From Rebecca billardiae RCC1528 (taxonomy: Eukaryota; Protista; Haptophyta), in contig OZ251226.1 of NCBI GenBank assembly GCA_965240325.2, positions 434,001 through 498,000 of the forward strand: a stretch of DNA of 64,000 nt, written 5' to 3'. Within the stretch, counting starts at the first letter, position 1, and each line of letters opens with the position of its first letter. Shown here piece by piece: positions 60,964 through 64,000 of the stretch. The position numbers were made by a program, and so were the translations under genes. Below the pieces are notes generated by a model that had not been told where the DNA came from, did not search any database, and worked only from the letters and a program-made list of their open reading frames with translations.

Positions 60964-63900
60964 ATGGTGGCCGCCGCGGCCGGGCAGGCAGATGGCGCTT
61001 TGCCCGAGCCAATGTACCAGGCGGCCGACCCAAGCCGCGCGGCGTACGTGCCGGAGGGCATGCTCTCGCTTCTCCTCCGGGTGCGCCCGCCGCGCAGACG
61101 CGTGCGACCGCGCGTCCTCCCCTCATCGTCGCTCGCGCGCCGGGGCGTGCCCGTGCTCGTCGCGCCCTTCGCGCTCGCCGCACGCACGCGCAGTACGCTC
61201 CCGAGGAGCTCTCGAACGTCGCGCTAGCCAACGGCGCTCGGGCGTCTTCTCTCGAGCGGCGCGACGCACGCAGCTCGCCCACGCCTCGGCGCAGGTCGCC
61301 TGCTCGCCGCGCGGCGCAGCACGCGGCGGCCAGCGCGCCGACGCTCGAGTTGCATTTCTCTGAGCGCGTTCGTGTGGCGGCGGGGCGCGAGGCGGACGCG
61401 CGCGCGCGAGGCACGGCGGCGCATGCGTGCGCGCCCGGCGCCACCGCCGCCACCGCCGCTGCGCCGCCGGCCGATCCGTCCTCGCGGGCGCCTCGGCGCC
61501 TGCGCTCTGCGTCCGACGCCGACGTCTCGGCGGCGGGCGGCCGCAGCGGCGCTTCCGGCGGCGCGCAAGCCGCGCCGGGCGGGCTGACGTGGCTGTCGCA
61601 TCCGGACGGGGGCGTGGCAGCGAGCGCGCCGCCGCCGCGCCCGGCCGTGCGCTCGACCCGGCCCCCGGCCGCGGGCGCGCAGCCGCGCGTCGCGCGGCCG
61701 ACGGTGCCGGCCAGGGCGGGCGCAGCTGCTGCGCCGGGCGGCGCACGCGGCGCGCGCCCGCTGCCGGCGGGCAGAGCCGGCGACGGCGCGCCCCGGCTCG
61801 CACCGACGGCGCGCTCGCGCTCGGCCTCGCCGAGTCCCGGCGCTGCCGCCACGCAGCGCGCACGACCTGCCCCGGGCGCGGGCGCGGCCCCGACGGCCGC
61901 GCCGCGCTGGGCGGCGCCGCGCGTACCGCGGGTGGCGCGCGCCGCGCCCGAAGCGGCACCGGCTGGCGCGGGCGATGCCGCCGGGGATCCACCGCGCGCG
62001 CGCTCGGCTCCGCACGCGCATCGGCGGCCAGTGCGCGCGCGCGCACGCGCCGCCTCCGTCGGCGCGCGCCCGGCGCTGGAGCTCGCTCCGGGCGCGGACG
62101 GCGACGGCGCGGGCGCCGGCAGCGGCGGCGGCGGCGCGGAGGCAACCGGCGGCGGGCCTGCCAGCGGCGCGGCGTCCGCGCGGCTCCGTCGCGCGCCGCT
62201 CGCCGGCGTGCCGCGCGAGCGCGCCCGCGCCTCCGTGTCCGCGCGCCCGCGCCCGCCGACCGCCGCCGCCGCCGCCGCCAGCCGAGCGCCGCCGCCGCCG
62301 CGCGCGCCAGACACGTCCGCACGAGCGAGCTCTCTCGAGCGCGCGCGGCCGGCGCGCGCGCTCACGCGCGAGGAGCGGGCGGAGGCGCGGGCGTACATGG
62401 CGAAGCAGCGCGCGCGCCTGCGGCGCGGCGAGCCGCCCACCGCCGCCGCCGAGGGCACGGCCGCAGACCTCAAGTTCGCCACGCAGTCCGACGCCCTCGT
62501 CGAGGCGCTCCCGCCGCCGCGCGCTCGCACGCCGCCGGCGCCGGGCATGCGGCGGCGCGGCGCGCCGAGTGCGCGGCCGAGCGGGGCCGACGCCGAGGGC
62601 GTGGACGGTGCGGCCGCCGAGCTGGCGGCGCCCACGGGGCTGCTGAGCGCCGCGCTCGCCGCCGACATTGTCGCCTCCGCCGCCGCGAGCTCTGCGGAGA
62701 CCCCCGCGGCCACGGCAGCGGCCGACGGCGGCGTCAGCGCGGCCGCCACTGCTGCGTCGGCGCCGGCCGCACCGGAGCTGCGTCCGGGTGACGTCCTCCC
62801 AGCCGCGGGCGATGGCGCGGGCTCGGCCGCGCCGCGGGCGCCGATCGACGCCGCCGAGCCCGTCGCGCCCAGCTCGGCCGCCGCCGATGCCGCCCCCGAG
62901 CCGGCGCGCGCGCGAAGCGCCGACCCGGCCGCGTCCGCGCCGCGCGCGCGCTCGCGCGGCCGCCGCGCTGCTCGCGCTGCGGATGTGCTGCCGCAGCGGG
63001 ACGAGGGCCTGCCCCCGCGGCGCGCGCGGCCGCCCGAGGAGTCGGCGAGGATCGCGGCCTTCATGCGCAAGCAGCGCCTCGACGCGCGCCGCGGCGCCGC
63101 GCGCAAGGCCGAGGCCGAGCGCGAGCTCGCCGCCGAGCGCGCCGCGCAGCTCGCCAGCCTGCGCCACTTCTCGGAAACTTCGCGGCGCGAGTTCGTCGCG
63201 GCGCGCGAGGAGCGCGAGCGCGCCGCGCTCGCGGAGGCGCACGCGCCCGGCGCGGAGGCGCCCGGCGCGGCGGGCACGGGCGGCGGCGCCGCGCGGCCGA
63301 CCGCGCCGGCGGCGCCGCCCAACCCTGGGCGCGTGCGCACCGCGCAGCGCGCGCCTTGGTCGCAGGAGTGGGAGGGGGCGCCGCCGCTGCCGCCGCCGCC
63401 CGCCGCCGGCCGCGGCGGCGCGGCGGGTGGGCGGCGTGCGGCGGACGGCGCAGAGCGCCGGCAGCCGTCGAGGCACGCGCAGGCCGAGCAGGCGGCGGCG
63501 GCGTACGCGGCGGCGCTGGCGCAGAAGGACGCGGCCGCGGACGCGCGCGTGGCCAGCCGCTACGAGCGCGTGCGCGCGCTGGCGAGCGCGCAGCGCGAGG
63601 CCGCGCGGCGGCACGCGCGGCGGCGGCAGCAGCGCAGCCTCGGCGGCAGCCGACGCGGCTCGGCGCACGACGCGGCGGCCGGCGGCGCCGCGCGGCCCCA
63701 GGGCAAGCGCGCCGCTCTGGAGCCCGCGGCCGCAGGGCTGGGCGCCGACGACTCGGCCGCGAGCGCGCCGCCCGTGCGCGCGGGTGCGGCCGCGCATGCC
63801 GACGGGGACGAGGGCGCGGCGGCGGCGCTGGGCGCCCCGGCGGACACGGGCGAGGAGGGCGCAGAGGCGGCGGAGGCGCAGCGGCCGGGCGCGCGCGCGG

Positions 63901-64000
63901 TGCGCGCCGCCTCCGCCGACGCCCGCCCCCCGAGCTTCGCGGCCGCGGCCGCGGCCGGCGTCGTCATTGGCGGCACGGGCGGCGGCGGCGGCGCTGACGA
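60964..64000 (+). CDS. Partial low-complexity / coiled-coil hypothetical protein running off the window; intron 61081-61193
   Basis: Exon 1 MVAAAAGQ...LLLR, then a gtgcgc..cgcag intron, then an open frame with helical blocks (REERAEARAYMAKQRARL, ARIAAFMRKQRLDARR). No stop seen in the parts I read. Confidence 0.55.

Overview
This is a eukaryotic nuclear window with very high GC in coding DNA and short GC-rich GT..AG introns (typically gtgcgc...cgcgcag). The style suggests a haptophyte alga, possibly Pavlovales; that is an inference. About 20 genes are supported, many in divergent pairs: an FN3 secreted protein and a sulfotransferase-like protein, an EDR1/CTR1-domain kinase with 29 near-identical 144-bp armadillo repeats, a histidine phosphatase, a giant cNMP-binding protein, a dual-specificity phosphatase, an RCC1+kringle membrane protein, a Cys-rich multi-TM receptor-like protein, PLPBP, an Agenet/MORN protein, DGAT2, COX7a-like, RNASEK, a WrbA+ABM fusion, an aldo-keto reductase + sugar-phosphate cyclase fusion, CFDP1/Swc5, a hybrid histidine kinase and a partial gene at the right edge. 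The region 33.1-40.2 kb holds nested, decayed transposons. Most long ORFs in the supplied track are antisense or off-frame shadows caused by high GC. Best lead: the divergent pair at 51.3-55.8 kb joins a 2-deoxy-scyllo-inosose-synthase-like cyclase + AKR with a WrbA + ABM protein, a candidate four-domain deoxy-cyclitol (osmolyte) pathway. Second lead: the non-RD kinase whose ARM array looks like a shuffled three-letter code. Third: dead DNA here decays mainly by short tandem micro-duplications. All family calls come from recognised motifs; no searches were run.
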